Positions 46,609-57,509 of a DNA stretch of 64,000 nt are shown here, one piece after another (position 1 is the stretch's first letter; every line of letters begins with the position of its first letter). Origin of the DNA: a virus; IMG/VR virus record IMGVR_UViG_3300027754_005988, positions 32,001-96,000 of that record. One strand, written 5' to 3'. The position numbers and the translations under genes are program-made. The notes under the pieces were generated by a model. That model worked only from the letters and a program-made list of their open reading frames with translations, did not search any database and was not told the DNA's origin.

Positions 46609-48392
46609 TGGCTACTTATAGAACTAAACAAAAATTAAATTCAGAGGTTTCTAAACAATCGGTAAATACTGATACATTTTTAAAAATTAAAATGGATGGT
46701 AAAGAAAAACTTTTGCCATACGATTCTATTAATGAAATTGTAAATGTAGGTGAACAATTTAATATTGAAAGACAAAACAGTAAATTTTATAGGATATTAG
46801 GAACTATTAATTTAACTGTTTCAAATGTATTATTTAATTTAAGTAATATAACTAATAGAAATTTTAGAACTTGGAGTGGGTTTAACGATATTCTTTTTTT
46901 AGATACAGATAAACCTAGAGATTATGCTACTACTAGTTCGACTGATTATAATTATAATGAATCAATTACTAACAACTTAAAAGAATTGAATGGTTGGTTT
47001 GGTTTTTATAATAATTTTTCATGGGAAACTATGGTTACCACATATGATAATGTGTTTTATGATATGGAACCACAAAGAAGTAGATTTTCATTCATACCAG
47101 ATAAAGCATCATTTAATAATAGTAAAACACCAGTTAAAAATTGGGAATTAACAATAACATACCCACATCATTCAGATAAAAATCATGAAATGGTTAAGGG
47201 TGGTTTATTAATAATAGACACATTACCAGCAATTGTTGCAACAAAATCTATGACTGCTTTCGGAATGGCTTGTTTACATAATTTATCTATAGGGGATACC
47301 ATTAAAATAACTGGAACAACTGGTTATGATGGAATACACACTGTAATTAGAACGGGTTTAGATGATGGTAGTTTTAAAGGTTATTATTTTGTATTGGATT
47401 TACCAACTACTGGTTTAATTGGTGGTACATCTAGAATTAAGAAAATAATAGCTGGTAATGAATCAGAATATTATTTTAGAGTGTTTAAAAAAATAAAAAC
47501 TAGGTCCGCTTCAACAATTGAAGTTGATGATTACGAAACATATAAATTAGCTTTTAGTGAAAACATATATGCTGATAATATTTGTCAATATGTTTTTAAT
47601 GAAGATATTGATGTAACTGATTTAGTTGATAATTTAGGTAGACCATTAAGTGAATTATACGTAACAAAGGTTAAAACTAGTAGTGATTCATTATTTAGAA
47701 AAGTATCTTCTGGTATTGAAACACCATTTATGGCTAGACTTAAAAAAAGCAAAACAATTCCATATCTTATAAATGTACCAGCTATTAATATGATACATAA
47801 TGGAGGTAACACCCCTTTCCCTACACATAAACCATTGGAGAGTCAATTAAATATTTATGGTGAATACTTTTATGGTGATTTGGTTGAGTATAATACGTAT
47901 GAAGTTAAGGAAACTATTTTAGCTAATATAGCGCATAGATTTAATACTGTAAACAGAGAATCTACATCTAGCTTAACTTACTTAGACACAAAAGGTTTTT
48001 CACCAACAACTAAAACAATCGATTTAGGACCAAGACAGGAAGGATATTTTTATTATCCGCATCAATTGGTTAGAATAAGAGAGTTTTCTTCTTATATTGA
48101 ACAAGGTGATGAAAAAACAGAAGGTGTACCTAGTTATGCTGTTAATATTGGTGACAATACATATTTATGGAGAGACTTATTGGACATAGGGTATAATCAA
48201 AGTGATGAAACCGCATTAAATTATCCATTTTTAAATGGGTGTCATTATATGTATCAGAATGAAAATTTTTTAGTTAGAAGACAAGACCCATTTAATAATT
48301 GGGAATTATATTATAATAAATTTCCATCTGACCCGATAGGTGATAGAATTTCAGATAAAAACTCATTTAATTCAGAAGAAGATGTTTGCTAA
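46608..48392 (+). CDS. Putative virion (baseplate/tail) protein
   Basis: TAATG-coupled to the previous gene; RQNSKFYRILG, DNLGRPLSELY, GCHY motifs. Confidence 0.6.
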   Translation: MATYRTKQKLNSEVSKQSVNTDTFLKIKMDGKEKLLPYDSINEIVNVGEQFNIERQNSKFYRILGTINLTVSNVLFNLSNITNRNFRTWSGFNDILFLDTDKPRDYATTSSTDYNYNESITNNLKELNGWFGFYNNFSWETMVTTYDNVFYDMEPQRSRFSFIPDKASFNNSKTPVKNWELTITYPHHSDKNHEMVKGGLLIIDTLPAIVATKSMTAFGMACLHNLSIGDTIKITGTTGYDGIHTVIRTGLDDGSFKGYYFVLDLPTTGLIGGTSRIKKIIAGNESEYYFRVFKKIKTRSASTIEVDDYETYKLAFSENIYADNICQYVFNEDIDVTDLVDNLGRPLSELYVTKVKTSSDSLFRKVSSGIETPFMARLKKSKTIPYLINVPAINMIHNGGNTPFPTHKPLESQLNIYGEYFYGDLVEYNTYEVKETILANIAHRFNTVNRESTSSLTYLDTKGFSPTTKTIDLGPRQEGYFYYPHQLVRIREFSSYIEQGDEKTEGVPSYAVNIGDNTYLWRDLLDIGYNQSDETALNYPFLNGCHYMYQNENFLVRRQDPFNNWELYYNKFPSDPIGDRISDKNSFNSEEDVC

Positions 48393-49197
48393 TCAAGTTC
48401 AAATAAATTTAACAACACTTGGTAGTGGTGCAACAGCTACTACAATAAACATACCTATCACAATGGAATACCAATTGGTTGACCAAACTGATATAATAAA
48501 TACTGTTTTTGTTGATAGTGAAGTTAAAAAAGCAATAAACCCAATAATTGATAATGAAAAAACTAGATTTTTACCTATAAACAAAATAGGTGAAACTATT
48601 AATAAAATAACATATCAATTGAACTTAAATGGTAAATTGACATATGCGGATATTGGATTCACTGATAATGATATAAAATTTAATGTTGAAAGTTTTAAAC
48701 AAACATTTCTTAATTTAGCTTTTTATGATTCAGATAATCAGTTAACACAAAATCTAATTAGCTTTATTACAATATATCCAACATTAACAAGTATGGATTT
48801 ATATCAAGCTGGTGAGAACGGTCCACTTGGACAACCAAAACCAGCAAGTCAAATATTTTTAACATTTGTTGTTGAGAACCCAATAATTAACCCAAGAGGT
48901 AATAGTCAAGGTTATCATATTTATGATTATAAAGATGATGTGACATTAAGTGGGGCCCCAAAAGAATTATATATGAGGGGCACATTTAAAAACGCTAAAA
49001 CAGGTAAATCAACTAATTTAATGGTTAATAATAAAGCATTACCTATAGATGATTTAATAAATAATTTACATACTAAGTATATATTGGTTAAAAAGAATAA
49101 TGGGTTTTATTATACTATTGATAATACTTATTCAAAAAACATATCATACATAACAAATAATGTAATTGTTAAATTATATGAAATATTAGCGCTATAA
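48382..49197 (+). CDS. Putative virion protein
   Basis: Probable start ATG 48382 (ORF track extends to 48340); FKQTFLNLAFYDS motif. Confidence 0.6.
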   Translation: MFANQVQINLTTLGSGATATTINIPITMEYQLVDQTDIINTVFVDSEVKKAINPIIDNEKTRFLPINKIGETINKITYQLNLNGKLTYADIGFTDNDIKFNVESFKQTFLNLAFYDSDNQLTQNLISFITIYPTLTSMDLYQAGENGPLGQPKPASQIFLTFVVENPIINPRGNSQGYHIYDYKDDVTLSGAPKELYMRGTFKNAKTGKSTNLMVNNKALPIDDLINNLHTKYILVKKNNGFYYTIDNTYSKNISYITNNVIVKLYEILAL

Positions 49198-50075
49198 TGG
49201 ATACAATAAATAGAAAAATATTACTAGAGGATAGTATTGACAGAACATATAATAGCCCAACATGGGGAACTATTACTGCAACTACATTTTATTTAAAAAT
49301 TAATATAAATCAAAATGTTGATGATATGGGAATGTTCACTAATATTGAATATTTTCCAGATAATAAAGTAACGTCAACTAAAGCTGATTATACTGTATTG
49401 GTTAATAAATTAAGCGCTAGTGGTATAACATTTCCATTTATGAATGGTGCAACGTCACCAACAATGACAGGTATAACTGGTACGACAAAACTTGTATTAA
49501 GAATGCCATCTAGCGTTGAGTCTGATTATTACGTCTTTGGAAATTTAGTTATAACTGGTTTCACTGATAGTAAAATAGAAGATGTTACATCATATAGTTC
49601 GATAAACACACATAGGATTGGTTTTAATACTAATACCGATACATATGTAAATTATTTAGGTAACACTATAAATGGTGTCGATAGGATTAAAAACACTAGT
49701 GAACCAACTGTTTATGTTTTTGATACACCTAACGATGTTAATTTAGGTACAAGCAATCAAAAATATGGGTTACAATATTCTGATTATACAGGAAAAACAA
49801 GAGTAGTTTTAATAGATAATGTTGAAACTTCAATACCAGAAACTGATTTTAGGTTTATCGGTGAAGGTTTTAATCAAACAAATGTGTCATTATCAGCATT
49901 AACAAAAGAAGAATATTTATTTGGTATAATTTCTTTACCAGAAGTAGAAAGTGACGTATTTATAGATAGAGGTTTAACAAGTGTTATGGATATGCATTTA
50001 AGGATGTCTGAAATAAAAAATTTAGATGAATTAGCTAAATACGGTAACGGATTCTATAATTTAAATAAACAATAA
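49197..50075 (+). CDS. Putative virion protein
   Basis: TAATG-coupled; C-terminal PEVESDVFIDRG..SV....LRMSEIKNLDEL.KYGNGFY. Confidence 0.6.
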   Translation: MDTINRKILLEDSIDRTYNSPTWGTITATTFYLKININQNVDDMGMFTNIEYFPDNKVTSTKADYTVLVNKLSASGITFPFMNGATSPTMTGITGTTKLVLRMPSSVESDYYVFGNLVITGFTDSKIEDVTSYSSINTHRIGFNTNTDTYVNYLGNTINGVDRIKNTSEPTVYVFDTPNDVNLGTSNQKYGLQYSDYTGKTRVVLIDNVETSIPETDFRFIGEGFNQTNVSLSALTKEEYLFGIISLPEVESDVFIDRGLTSVMDMHLRMSEIKNLDELAKYGNGFYNLNKQ

Positions 50076-50150
50076 AATATACTTTGTTAAAAATAAGGCT
50101 ATATTAATAAAAATAGACAATAACAATATAAAAATTAATAAACGAATAAA

Positions 50151-51074
50151 ATGGCAACTGGTACATATGGTGTAGTTCGTGGGGCAGATATTAGCCCAGA
50201 TGATGTAGAGATATTTTATCATTACACACCATCAAGAGATAAGGTAGGTAATAATACGTTAATAAAATTAGACCCTAATGAAGTATTAATAAAAATTGAT
50301 AACCCAAATAAAACACAATCTGGGGTGTCATCATTTGAGATATTTGGTGGGATGTATACGCTTAAATTACCTGTAGCTACTTTTGGTGTTAAAGGATTTT
50401 ATACTATAATGATAAAACCAGTTGAAATTAGAACAAAAATTGTTGATTGTGGTGTGCTTTCGGCATATCCAGATATCAAGGGTATTTTATTCGATATTTC
50501 AACAATACCTACTAATTTTACTAATAAATTTGAAAATAATGGATTGGTTGGATATAGAATTGAATATCTAAACAGTGAGGCAACTGCTACTGATGCTAAA
50601 ATTAATAATTTTTTTAGAATTATTACATCAAATAACAGAGCAGAACCAGTTAATGAAAATTTAACAAATAGCAATCAAAAATCTATTCGTTATAGATTTA
50701 ATGATAACTCATCACTTACCTATTGTACTGTATCGCCTAGTTCAGCCCCAAATGTTAAACCAAATGCTTTACCATTTATCGGTCAACCTAATCAACAAGT
50801 TATAATTACCAACACCTTTTTTAACCCAATAATGATTGAAGTTGAAATGGTACAATATGACGTTGAGACACTTGCATTTGGAATACTTGGAAATCAAACT
50901 AAATCAATTGAAGATGGTATTTATACAATATATAACTTTAATAATGATATTTATAAACAATATAACTTATACGAAATAAAAGACCAATTTACTGGTAAAC
51001 CATTATTCGAAGTTAGAGAAGAAAGAAATAGTATTGATTTTTCTAAAGCATTTACAAATATCACAAATATATAA
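50151..51074 (+). CDS. Putative baseplate structural protein
   Basis: MATGTYGVVRGADISPDDVEIFY..., 307 aa, in the structural cluster. Confidence 0.6.
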   Translation: MATGTYGVVRGADISPDDVEIFYHYTPSRDKVGNNTLIKLDPNEVLIKIDNPNKTQSGVSSFEIFGGMYTLKLPVATFGVKGFYTIMIKPVEIRTKIVDCGVLSAYPDIKGILFDISTIPTNFTNKFENNGLVGYRIEYLNSEATATDAKINNFFRIITSNNRAEPVNENLTNSNQKSIRYRFNDNSSLTYCTVSPSSAPNVKPNALPFIGQPNQQVIITNTFFNPIMIEVEMVQYDVETLAFGILGNQTKSIEDGIYTIYNFNNDIYKQYNLYEIKDQFTGKPLFEVREERNSIDFSKAFTNITNI

Positions 51075-51081
51075 TTAAAAA

Positions 51082-53781
51082 ATGGGTAATAAAATTAAAG
51101 TTGTTGGTTATTCAAAGAAAGAATTTTTTGGTAACGGTATAGAATACAGACCATTCTCACCAGATTTAGTTGGGTTACAATTATCTAGTCATGGTGGTAC
51201 ACCATTGTTTACAATGGGTAATTTTGCAATAACAACAAACATGGAACCAAAAAGTGATAAAACTTTTGTCACTACTAAGTTCTCTAATTTTATATCTTTA
51301 ACTGATTTAAATTTAACAGTAACAGAAACCCAAACTTTATTATCTAATAATGCTGGTGTTTATCTTAATTTAGATAAAAAGAATTTAAAAAACTATGCAT
51401 TATTTGGTTCATTAACCGAATTTGTTAGAGTTTCTTTAGAGGATATAATAACCAAATGGCCAGCTTCATTATATACAACAGCAAACAGTGTTGATAGTAA
51501 TGGAAATCAAATAACTGGTTATACTATTGAGAATTACACATATGATTCAGTAACTCAAGAAGCATCATTTAAATTAAATAATAGTTTTTTAATAAATAAA
51601 TTTCAAATAAACTATTTGAAAAATGGAACTATCTTAAACACATTTAACGAAAGTAATCCATTAAGAGATTTAACAAGTGGGTATTTATCGTATTCAATAA
51701 CAAACAATGGTGTTGAATATCCGTTAATTGACTTTACTGGTTCAACATATCAAGTTAATGATTATTTATACTTTAAAGTAAAAGGTAATGTGTTTAGTGG
51801 TGTAACCAATTCAAATATTTCTTACCATATTAAACCAAACAAAACGCAACAAGATACATTTTTTAATGCGTTACCAGAATTTGAGTATTACCTTTTAAAT
51901 AGAAAAGTAACACCAATTTATACATCAACATTTAATTACCCAATACTAGGTAGTAATGGTGCTATATTATATATCAGTGAATCAATAACATGGCCAGTAT
52001 CTGATGGTTATAACATAGATTTTGATACATCAGAATATTTTAATTACATCACTAAATTATTAGACATATCAAAAAGTAATGATACGAATTCTAGTGATTT
52101 GATAAATAGATTTTTAGTAACAGAATCAATCACTGCATTTGATACAGCACCTATAGTTATTGACCAAAGCCAAATTGACCAAACAGGTCAAAAAGTTAAT
52201 AAAACACTAAGAATATACGGTAGGGAATTTGATGATATAAATAAATTCATAAGTGGTATTGCTTTAGCTAATACAGTAACTTATGATAAAGAAGATAACA
52301 CACCAGATGCATATTTAAAAAATATAGCTAGAGTGTTAGGTTGGGAATTAATATCTTCAGTTATTGAAAATGATTTACTGTCTAATTACGTTAATTCAGC
52401 TGAATCAACATATTCAGGTGAAAGTGTTGGCTTAACACCAGCAGAGGCAGATATTGAATTATGGAGAAGATTAATATTAAACACACCATGGATTTGGAAA
52501 TCAAAAGGAGCTAGGAAATCTGTTGAGTTTTTACTTAAATTTATTGGCGCACCGCAAGGTCTAGTTAAATTTAACGAATATATCTATAAAGCAGATGCCC
52601 CTATAGATATTGAATTATTTAAACAAATATTAGCGTTAAATGGGTTAGATACTGACATATCAATATATCCAATGGATTCAGATGGTTACCCTAGACCTTT
52701 AGCAGATACAGCAGATATGTACTTCCAAAATAATGGTTTATGGTATAGACAAACTGGTGGATTAAATTCTGATTCTGATATATTAACAGGTAATAACCCA
52801 CATTTAGGTCCTTATGATGGCGGTTATAAATACATAAACCAATTTAGAAAATTAATAACTGATTTTTCAGCAGTTACACTTTCAAGTGTAACAATAACTA
52901 CAGGAACAACTAATTTATATACAAATAACCAATCAGGTACATTTGACCAAACATCTGCTTATACAACAGTAAACACAGTTGAAATAGCGGATGAAGATTT
53001 ATCAAGTTGTTATGTTGTTAAGGCAACTGTATTACCTGACCCATATAGTGGAGGTACAATACTTAATAATTGTGGGTGTCCATGTGAAGGTACTGATAAT
53101 GTATTAAGTGTATGTGTTGATAAAGCACCAGAAATTAAAAAAACACCATGTGGTCCAAATCTAATTTCAAAACCTACAGTAGATGCTGAAGATGGTCTTT
53201 ACTATTTTAGTTATTACCAGTATAATATGGACGGCAGTATTTATAAATATAATAATGTTATTGTACCATCAGTTACAAAGTATTCAACACAAGAATGCTG
53301 TAAAGCAAATAATGGCACACCGTTTTTATATGAAGAATTTGAGTTAATTGGTACTAATTATGTTACTTGGAATTCTGGTTATATTTGTTGTGATAAATCT
53401 GGTAAATGTGGTTGTACTTTAGGTTGTAAATGGACAACAAGTACAGATACATATACAATAACTAATAACACAGGCACAAGTCAATTTGGTTTTGATTCAT
53501 CTTCTAGCGCTGTTCAATATTTAATATTTAACAAACAGAACGGTGAAAAAGGTGTTGTTACTACAGATGGTTGTAATTGTATTGATAAATACACTATAAA
53601 AGTACCTAACATTGTTGACCCATATACAAATAAAGTTGGTGTTGGTTGTCAATTAACATCATTAGGGTTAAGAGATTTAAGTGAACCATCAACTAGTACA
53701 ATATTAAGCACGTATAAGGCTAGAAAAGATGGTGTAATAGGTTGTAGTGCAACATATAGAACTGTTGTGTCAAGTTGGTAA
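51082..53781 (+). CDS. Baseplate wedge/tail protein (P2 gpI / T4 gp7-like) with Cys-rich C-terminus
   Basis: LKNIARVLGWEL...ELWRRLILNTPWIWKSKGARKSVEFLL. Confidence 0.65.
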   Translation: MGNKIKVVGYSKKEFFGNGIEYRPFSPDLVGLQLSSHGGTPLFTMGNFAITTNMEPKSDKTFVTTKFSNFISLTDLNLTVTETQTLLSNNAGVYLNLDKKNLKNYALFGSLTEFVRVSLEDIITKWPASLYTTANSVDSNGNQITGYTIENYTYDSVTQEASFKLNNSFLINKFQINYLKNGTILNTFNESNPLRDLTSGYLSYSITNNGVEYPLIDFTGSTYQVNDYLYFKVKGNVFSGVTNSNISYHIKPNKTQQDTFFNALPEFEYYLLNRKVTPIYTSTFNYPILGSNGAILYISESITWPVSDGYNIDFDTSEYFNYITKLLDISKSNDTNSSDLINRFLVTESITAFDTAPIVIDQSQIDQTGQKVNKTLRIYGREFDDINKFISGIALANTVTYDKEDNTPDAYLKNIARVLGWELISSVIENDLLSNYVNSAESTYSGESVGLTPAEADIELWRRLILNTPWIWKSKGARKSVEFLLKFIGAPQGLVKFNEYIYKADAPIDIELFKQILALNGLDTDISIYPMDSDGYPRPLADTADMYFQNNGLWYRQTGGLNSDSDILTGNNPHLGPYDGGYKYINQFRKLITDFSAVTLSSVTITTGTTNLYTNNQSGTFDQTSAYTTVNTVEIADEDLSSCYVVKATVLPDPYSGGTILNNCGCPCEGTDNVLSVCVDKAPEIKKTPCGPNLISKPTVDAEDGLYYFSYYQYNMDGSIYKYNNVIVPSVTKYSTQECCKANNGTPFLYEEFELIGTNYVTWNSGYICCDKSGKCGCTLGCKWTTSTDTYTITNNTGTSQFGFDSSSSAVQYLIFNKQNGEKGVVTTDGCNCIDKYTIKVPNIVDPYTNKVGVGCQLTSLGLRDLSEPSTSTILSTYKARKDGVIGCSATYRTVVSSW

Positions 53782-53812
53782 TAAATAATTGAAAAAATAA
53801 AATATAGTGAAG

Positions 53813-53820
53813 TATTTATA
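53813..53820 (+). promoter_or_regulatory. Phage promoter motif TATTTATA
   Basis: 18 nt before ATG 53839. Confidence 0.55.
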
Positions 53821-53838
53821 TACAAAAGATAAAATATA

Positions 53839-56631
53839 ATGGGTTATTTTTACGGTAAAAAAGGATGTGTTAGCTTGGCTTCAATAACGAGAGCTAATGG
53901 CGTTGTTGTCAAGAATAATGATGGAACATTATCTGTTTATATTCCAAATAAAACAGGGATAATGGGTGCACCTATTTTATTAAACAAATTTTGTTGTGAA
54001 ATTTTAGGGAATCCAATAAATGAAACTTATACATACGATAATGACACACAAGAATGTAGATGGGCGGCCAAAAACACAGAAACTTGTAGTGTTGACCCAT
54101 TTAAAATAGCGCTAAACTCTAATGGCAATGATGGTTCAATATTTTATATTGATGGAAGTGATGAAACATGCTCATTGAATATTAATTTTGATTATTTGAT
54201 TAAACTAAATTGTGAAAAACTTAGTAATATATTAAATGGTGTTGCTAAAACACAAGAACAACTAGATGCAGAAGACCAAATTAGAACATTACAATTATTA
54301 ATTGATAAAAAAACAGTTGATTGTGGTAGTATAACAACTAGTATAAATCAATTAAATCAAAATATAAATAATACTAGTTATAGTATTACTTGTACTCAAA
54401 GTGCTTATTCAACACCACAAAATACAACAGTATCAACTTCTTCGATAATTCCTTTTAAGAATACGGGTTTTTATAACACATCATTATATGCGTTTAATAC
54501 TTATGAAGGTAAGGTTACTGGTCAAGTAACTGTTAATTATTGTTTAACAACTGCTGGTTTATCTGTATGGTCTTCTATTTTAGGTAGCAGGTATCAAGCC
54601 TTTTTAAATGGTGACCCTAATTCATATGGTTGTGTTCAAGTAAATGATATAGTAAACAGACACGTTTTAGCTGTTGAAAATGGTACCCCAGCATTGATAT
54701 TTGAATGTACAACACCTTTTGGTACAAAGTCTGCATTGATTAATCAATTGTCATTGTTAGAAGAACAACAAACAACATGTAACAATGAACTATCAGCTTT
54801 AAATAATCAACTTACAACGCTACAAACAACACAAAATGAATCATCAGCCCTAACTAAGTGTAAAACACCAGTAGAAGTGTTAGAAACGCTTGATATATCA
54901 TTAACATTAGATATTGTAGGTGCAGATAATAAATTAACAACGCTTGCAACATATCCTTTATTAGAACCAATTGGAGCTGGAAATCTTTATAACTATTTAA
55001 TTGAAAATAAAGAAAGTGGGTTATTAGTTTGTGGTGAATCAAATACTACTGAATTAGCGTATGGAATTACTGGTTGTACACCAATGTACTTAAACGTTGA
55101 ACAAACAACTGTTGGTTTAGAAGATTATCCTGTAAAATATAATGTTTATTCTTGTAATCAAGTAATGAATAGCATATTGAATGATTTATTTATAGAATCT
55201 GGATTGGATGGTACATCAAAAACAAATACTACATTTAAAGGTAATATAAATCCAGATGCGTTAGCTTCTAAGTGGCTACGTTATGAAACAGTAGTAACTG
55301 ATGCTACAATATTAGCAGCTATAAAAAATAAAAAGATTAAAATCACTCTTAAGATTAATAATTCTTGTTCTGATTTTTGTGTTTTATTAGATAACATAAA
55401 ACTTAATAAGGATTGTACTATTATAGCTGAGAATAAATTATTTATAACACAATCACCTGGTTTTGAATTAGAAAGATTGATTGATAATAAAAAATCATGG
55501 ATTGCTAATACAACACCACAAAATAGGTTTTTTTCTATTTTTAATAATGTTGCTGCAAATCCAATCAGACAGACAAATTATGATGTTAACGATGAGCGAT
55601 TGGTTATCAATACAAAAGAAATTGATTTAGATATAAGCATAGCATCAGCAATAGAAACAGATGTATGGGCATATGTTGTAGATAATCCTTGTTTATTAAC
55701 TGGTGATACATGTACAATTACGTATCCAATACAGACTACAGATTTTTATGATAATGCAATTGAATTACCAGAAAATGATACAGAACCATTTAGAGGTGAT
55801 ATTGAAGATTATTATACGTGTTATCGTGCATTTAGAGATGCTGAAAGAACTGCTTTTAAAGATGGTGATATGGGTACTTTTTTACCTTCTCAAATTAAAA
55901 TAGAAGATATAAATTGTGGTCGGTTATTTAAAATTATAACACCTGGTGATTGTGAATTTATTGTTTTAGAAAAACAAAATGGTTGTTTTGAATTTTATTA
56001 TAAGGACTATCTTGGTTGGGTAAAATTTGGTGACCCATTTGTTATTGAATTTGCAAATGGTTTTATAAATTCACATAATACTCTTTTGCTTGATTATGAT
56101 GTAAATAACGAATATAGTGAATATTATATTGGACCTGTTAAATCATGTGGTGACGGAACTGTTGATTATAGTAAATTATTAAGCCAACCAATATCAGACG
56201 TTAAAACAATTGAAGATTTTGAATATTATATGACTTCTGAGTTGATTGATGCTAAATCTAGAAAAACACTTTCTGGATATCCAACATTAAGAGGCGTATA
56301 TGATAGATATCTAAATAGTTCAATGTATTGCTCAACAGTTAGTTCAGCGTTTGATTATGAACAAATGGACCAATTTGCAAAATTAATTGATAGTTATTGG
56401 GTTGATATTGTTGAACAAGTAGTTCCAGCAACAACTATATGGGGAAGTGTAAAAATATATGGTAATACTATATTTGACGAACAAAAATTCACATATAGAA
56501 AAAGCTCACTATTTACCTGTGTTGATAGTGCAAATAAATGTTCTAGCAGTATTGAAAATTTAGAGTTTGTTAACAATTGTATTGGTAATATTCTTGATAA
56601 ATTTTATTTCAATAATTGTGGGCCAATATAA
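53839..56631 (+). CDS. Cys-rich putative virion protein
   Basis: 930 aa, coiled-coil segments, C-terminal YWVDIVEQVVPATTIWGS. Confidence 0.6.
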   Translation: MGYFYGKKGCVSLASITRANGVVVKNNDGTLSVYIPNKTGIMGAPILLNKFCCEILGNPINETYTYDNDTQECRWAAKNTETCSVDPFKIALNSNGNDGSIFYIDGSDETCSLNINFDYLIKLNCEKLSNILNGVAKTQEQLDAEDQIRTLQLLIDKKTVDCGSITTSINQLNQNINNTSYSITCTQSAYSTPQNTTVSTSSIIPFKNTGFYNTSLYAFNTYEGKVTGQVTVNYCLTTAGLSVWSSILGSRYQAFLNGDPNSYGCVQVNDIVNRHVLAVENGTPALIFECTTPFGTKSALINQLSLLEEQQTTCNNELSALNNQLTTLQTTQNESSALTKCKTPVEVLETLDISLTLDIVGADNKLTTLATYPLLEPIGAGNLYNYLIENKESGLLVCGESNTTELAYGITGCTPMYLNVEQTTVGLEDYPVKYNVYSCNQVMNSILNDLFIESGLDGTSKTNTTFKGNINPDALASKWLRYETVVTDATILAAIKNKKIKITLKINNSCSDFCVLLDNIKLNKDCTIIAENKLFITQSPGFELERLIDNKKSWIANTTPQNRFFSIFNNVAANPIRQTNYDVNDERLVINTKEIDLDISIASAIETDVWAYVVDNPCLLTGDTCTITYPIQTTDFYDNAIELPENDTEPFRGDIEDYYTCYRAFRDAERTAFKDGDMGTFLPSQIKIEDINCGRLFKIITPGDCEFIVLEKQNGCFEFYYKDYLGWVKFGDPFVIEFANGFINSHNTLLLDYDVNNEYSEYYIGPVKSCGDGTVDYSKLLSQPISDVKTIEDFEYYMTSELIDAKSRKTLSGYPTLRGVYDRYLNSSMYCSTVSSAFDYEQMDQFAKLIDSYWVDIVEQVVPATTIWGSVKIYGNTIFDEQKFTYRKSSLFTCVDSANKCSSSIENLEFVNNCIGNILDKFYFNNCGPI

Positions 56632-56664
56632 TTATAAATAATAAGATAACAAAAACTAATATAT

Positions 56665-57240
56665 ATGTATTTTTTTGACCCAAATGATTTTAATTGTAAT
56701 GAAATACCAACAGCTGAAAAATGGGCTGAGTATTGTGTTACGTTAAGAACATTATACACTAATTATAAAAATTGTTTCACAGATTGGTATCAATCACAAG
56801 ATAAAGATTCATTGGGTGAACCATGTAAAACTAAAATAACAGGACAATACAGTAGTTGGGGTAGTCTTACATATTCATTTAATGTTACTTTAAATAATTT
56901 AATAACTGAGATACAATCACTGTCTTCAGGAACGACATGTGGTTTTGATAAACAAGTATATATTAATTATGATATTGCTTATAACAACATGATTGAAAAA
57001 TCTGACGAAATAAGTTTAATGTTTACAACTGGATGTAAATTAGTTGGTTTTAATAGATATGTTGGTGTTGATACAACAGATATTACTGGTGATAATAAAA
57101 TGCAAAGATGTTCTGGAACATATATTAAACAAATAAACAATGGTTCTGAATTTATTGGAAGTATAAATGTTACTGGTGGTAATGATATAGCTAATAAAAG
57201 TGGTAATGGTTTAATAATAATAAGTGAAAATAGAACATAA
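56665..57240 (+). CDS. Hypothetical Cys-containing protein
   Basis: 191-aa ORF in the structural cluster. Confidence 0.6.
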   Translation: MYFFDPNDFNCNEIPTAEKWAEYCVTLRTLYTNYKNCFTDWYQSQDKDSLGEPCKTKITGQYSSWGSLTYSFNVTLNNLITEIQSLSSGTTCGFDKQVYINYDIAYNNMIEKSDEISLMFTTGCKLVGFNRYVGVDTTDITGDNKMQRCSGTYIKQINNGSEFIGSINVTGGNDIANKSGNGLIIISENRT

Positions 57241-57255
57241 ATTAATACAAGTTAA

Positions 57256-57263
57256 TATTTATA
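57256..57263 (+). promoter_or_regulatory. Phage promoter motif TATTTATA
   Basis: Only 3 nt before ATG 57267. Confidence 0.4.
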
Positions 57264-57266
57264 AAC

Positions 57267-57509
57267 ATGCCACAATTAATTAAATCAGTAGAAGGTATAA
57301 TACACTCAACACCTATATCTGAAGTTATATATGTTAAATCTGTAACTGGTGAGATACAAAGAGAAGATTATATAAATTTAAATGGCTTTGTTGCTTATTT
57401 ACAAAACTTTAGCAAAACCGAACTAACACAATTATTAACAAAACCAATAACATATGGTTTAGCTAATCAATATAATTTAGACATTGAAACAATAGAAATT
57501 AGTTACTAA
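57267..57509 (+). CDS. Small hypothetical protein
   Basis: 80 aa, TAATG-coupled to the next gene. Confidence 0.65.
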   Translation: MPQLIKSVEGIIHSTPISEVIYVKSVTGEIQREDYINLNGFVAYLQNFSKTELTQLLTKPITYGLANQYNLDIETIEISY

